DNA from: Bugula neritina
Lineage: Eukaryota; Animalia; Bryozoa
DNA: 64,000 nt
NCBI GenBank assembly: GCA_964035545.1
Contig: OZ037767.1
Coordinates: forward strand, 16,300,581 to 16,364,580
Reading direction: 5' to 3'
Below, piece by piece: positions 61,601-64,000 of this stretch. The number at the start of each line of letters is the position of its first letter. Position 1 is the stretch's first letter. The position numbers were made by a program, and so were the translations under genes. The notes beneath the pieces were generated by a model. It was not told the DNA's origin. It worked only from the letters and a program-made list of their open reading frames with translations, and ran no database searches.

Positions 61601-63705
61601 TAGTTGCGGTTTCATTCAATGTAACTGTTTCCATTAGCCGAATGAAAAAATCCATTCGCATAATGCGATAATGGAAACGGAAACGCAGTGTATATCATCC
61701 TATTCCCTCTTTTAAAGAGTGGCCTGACATTTTCAACACTTGCAACAGAAATAGTATGAACATTCTTTGCCATTTCTCAGCACAGCCAAGAGCTTAACCT
61801 GCAGTCATTTACCACAGTAACAGAGCGAGCAACTCCCACTGTAAGATATTTGAGGTGATACACTGACTAGTATCTCAACTCCTATATACCTGAGACCGAG
61901 TCCCGTGCCCACAGTCTTTGTCTGACCCTTGGGGGACGCACCCTCACACCCTTCATCCTCGTGTATCTCGAAATCTGTGCTGGCAGCAGTCGAACTGATC
62001 GGCTTGCCGCTCTGAAACACAGTAAAGTATCCCATCATACTAAAACTTATTTTAATGGAGTAATAGATAAATCAAAATGATTGCCCAAAGTTAACAGCAA
62101 ACGTTATGATAAACTCAGTCACAGTACTTTCTTTATTCTGCTTTATTCTCAACCACATGGAGATAATAGATGCAATGATAACAAAGGTAGGATTATCAGC
62201 ATGTCATAATATGAATAGCATGCAGGATACAGCCAATGTGACTCAACTTTAATACAGACACACAGTCATATAGAAGATGCTCTGATCAGATAACACCAGA
62301 GCAGAATAAACACATTGAATCACCTTGCTCGTTGACTTTGTCCATTTGCCAGCTTCTTTGACATTCTCTTTAGTATTGGGCAAACCTCGATTGCGATTGG
62401 ATGGATTGGCAAGAGTGGGTGGAGCATTCTCACCAGTGTAAATCTGCAGAAGAAGCAGAGAAATGAGTGTTTTCTGCTAAATAAAAGGTGAGGGAGAGCT
62501 ACAGAACATACTGGTAAATAAAAGGTAAGCCCACCTGTATAGGTTTCTGCTGTTTTTGCTGCACTGCTGACGGCTGCAGGACTACACTGCGCCCGGGTCT
62601 AGAGGAAGAGGCCCTGTCAGCTGGTACGGCGCCTCTCTTGGTCAGGGCTAGCGGTGCCAGTGAGTGGCGCTCACTCTCCGCCGGCTCTTCCGGCTCGTCG
62701 ACGACTGAGACTGCTGCTATGGCTTGACGACACGTTCGTGTGAGAAAGGCACTGCAAAGAATATCAGCCATTCCTACAACTCTCTATACGTGTATAACTT
62801 ACTCTGTCTATATATAACTTCCTCTATCAGTATATAACTTACTTTGTCTGTATATAACTTACTCTATCTGTATATAACTTACTCTGTACGTGTATAACTT
62901 ACTCTGTATGTATATAACTTACTCTATCTGTATATACTTACTCTATCTGTATATAACTTACTCTATCTGTATATAACTTACTCTATCTGTATATAACTTA
63001 CTCTATCTGTATATAACTTACTCTGTCTGTATATAACTTACTCTGTATGTTTATAACTTACTCTATCTGTATATAACTTACTCTATCTGTATATAACTTA
63101 CTCTATCTGTATATAACTTACTCTATCTGTATATAACTTACTCTCGGTATTTCTTCAAAGTGTTCAAAGGCTGAGCATCAGCACTGATGCCCTCCAGTAG
63201 GATTCTGTCTGCCCGCTTGGTGTCTCCCTGTTCCTCTACACACGTAGCCCAGGCCACGTAAAAGGCCGTCATCTGCACGCCAATAGACTTGCTTTTCATG
63301 TATTGGAACATCTCATTGGGCTCACTAAACTTTCCACACTGTATAAAATACAGAGTTTTATCACTAGTTATACTGGGCTGGTTACTCTTTTAACTCATAT
63401 TTTAATTTTGTAACATTACCCTATGTCTAAATCAGCGAACTCAATAGCCTCAACTTTGCAGATTGATTATAAAACCTGCACTTGATAGCAATGAACTTAC
63501 AAAATGAATCCAGATTTGAACAAATCTGTCATCGTTGTTGTATTGATCTGTGTTCTTAAAGTTCATCACGCAGGCCTTCAACAGCTGAGTCAGCTGGCTA
63601 GACTTCCCTCCACTCGGGTAGTTCTGCTCAGTCCAGTTTATATAACTATGCCACACGGAGAGGGGGTCGTCTCCCTCGTATGACCGTAGTGCTAGCTCAT
63701 ATTTC
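46676..63705 (-). CDS. BUB1: Spindle checkpoint kinase BUB1/MadBub, about 20 exons; first exon(s) at or beyond the right window edge
   Basis: TPR domain (GDDPLSVWHSYINW, 63501-63705 and 63142-63338); KEN (TKENVKEAGKW); ABBA (FEIHED); GLEBS (MYRKDLVYAGVTEYSPEELRA); ABBA repeats; ARLASTPF; KARD-like LSAISE; kinase motifs LGVGGFA, VK, HGDIKPDN, DFG. Stop at 46676. Confidence 0.95.
47165..47395. repeat. 22-bp intronic minisatellite (GTAATACTAGCTGAGTAATACA)
   Basis: Direct tandem repeat. Confidence 0.93.
47588..48180. repeat. 9-bp intronic repeat (AGAGTATAC) with AGAGT inserts
   Basis: Direct tandem repeat filling the intron. Confidence 0.95.
48735..49056. repeat. 19-bp intronic minisatellite (GTAATATAAACATATACTA)
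   Basis: Direct tandem repeat starting at the donor site. Confidence 0.95.
49184..49445. repeat. 15-21-bp intronic repeat; on the sense (minus) strand GTGCTCTCTCTGTG(TG)CAG
   Basis: Direct tandem repeat. Confidence 0.93.
49575..54786. repeat. 5.2-kb 21-bp satellite (TATAGTATCATAGTATTAGA(A/G)) filling one BUB1 intron
   Basis: Roughly 245 units (length divided by 21), with occasional 23-bp variants. Confidence 0.99.
55408..56562. repeat. 21-bp intronic minisatellite, about 55 units
   Basis: Same unit as 181-724. Confidence 0.97.
59649..59866. repeat. 16-bp intronic minisatellite (GCTAGTAAATGTGTCA)
   Basis: Direct tandem repeat. Confidence 0.92.
60366..60690. repeat. 20-bp homogeneous minisatellite (GTTATATTATAGTATATGAT)
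   Basis: About 16 near-identical units. Confidence 0.96.
61527..61690. mobile_element. 164-bp MITE with CACTG ends (CMC/EnSpm-like)
   Basis: TIR CACTGCGTTTCC/GGAAACGCAGTG; TAT on both flanks. Confidence 0.65.
62790..63141. repeat. 20-bp minisatellite made of the 5' splice site (sense strand GTAAGTTATATACAGATAGA)
   Basis: About 17 units; the first unit is the functional donor at 63142/63141. Confidence 0.95.
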
Positions 63706-63884
63706 CTAGAGAAGTGTTGAATAATTGTTACATATAAACTAGGTATGTTGCAAGACAAACTCAAAGTGTTGCATCTTTTACTTTTAGATCAAAGTCTTAG
63801 AGTTAGTACATGCATTTGAAATATTGTTACAAGTTACAGTCTCACTTTAACTTTTACTTTTAGTAATTTAAATTATAATTAACA

Positions 63885-63983
63885 ACTACTGAACTAGTAG
63901 TAGTACTACTAGTAGTAGTAGTACAGTACTAGTAGTAGTACAGTACTAGTAGTAGTACAGTACTAGTACTAGTAGTAGTACTA
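63885..63983. repeat. Imperfect (AGT)n microsatellite
   Basis: Read directly. Confidence 0.85.
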
Positions 63984-64000
63984 CCATTGTCCATTGGCAT

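Noticed and set aside
63885-63983. AGTAGT runs resembling a second Polinton terminus
   Set aside because: Simple microsatellite; lacks the following AGAGGGTGGATG and any TIR sequence.
63985-64000. ATG at the window edge as the BUB1 start codon
   Set aside because: The phase of the following GT does not match the 63705 exon if read from this ATG; the true start cannot be fixed within the window.

Overview
AT-rich, intron-containing invertebrate animal genomic DNA. Host genes reconstructed by hand from GT-AG junctions and reading-frame phase: (1) a near-complete multi-exon BUB1/MadBub checkpoint kinase on the minus strand (46676 to at least 63705), with satellite-filled introns; (2) a diverged, 5'-truncated second copy of that gene (1-3610, plus an exon remnant at 10339-10524); (3) an INSM/Nerfin-type C2H2 gene (4960-7920, first exon not found); (4) a 3-exon 83-aa orphan gene (12335-13316); (5) a RING-Bbox-Bbox-coiled-coil-beta-propeller TRIM-like gene (20539-45432). 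An intron of the TRIM gene holds a young, nearly intact 14,373-bp Polinton/Maverick endogenous virus (21519-35891) with 244-bp TIRs and a TTTCTT target-site duplication. It encodes a packaging ATPase, a PLA2-integrase fusion, major and minor capsid proteins, pPolB, an adenain-like protease and putative fibre proteins. Two decayed Academ DNA transposons, an RTE LINE fragment and two MITEs are also present. The most unusual signals are in the Polinton: 14 of 15 genes start in ATAAATG, two divergent gene pairs have only 12 bp between start codons, transcription units end in perfect 13-15-bp AT hairpins, and each terminus is a 104-nt fold-back. One reading of this, which is inference only, is a virophage-like element expressed by a large cytoplasmic helper virus.
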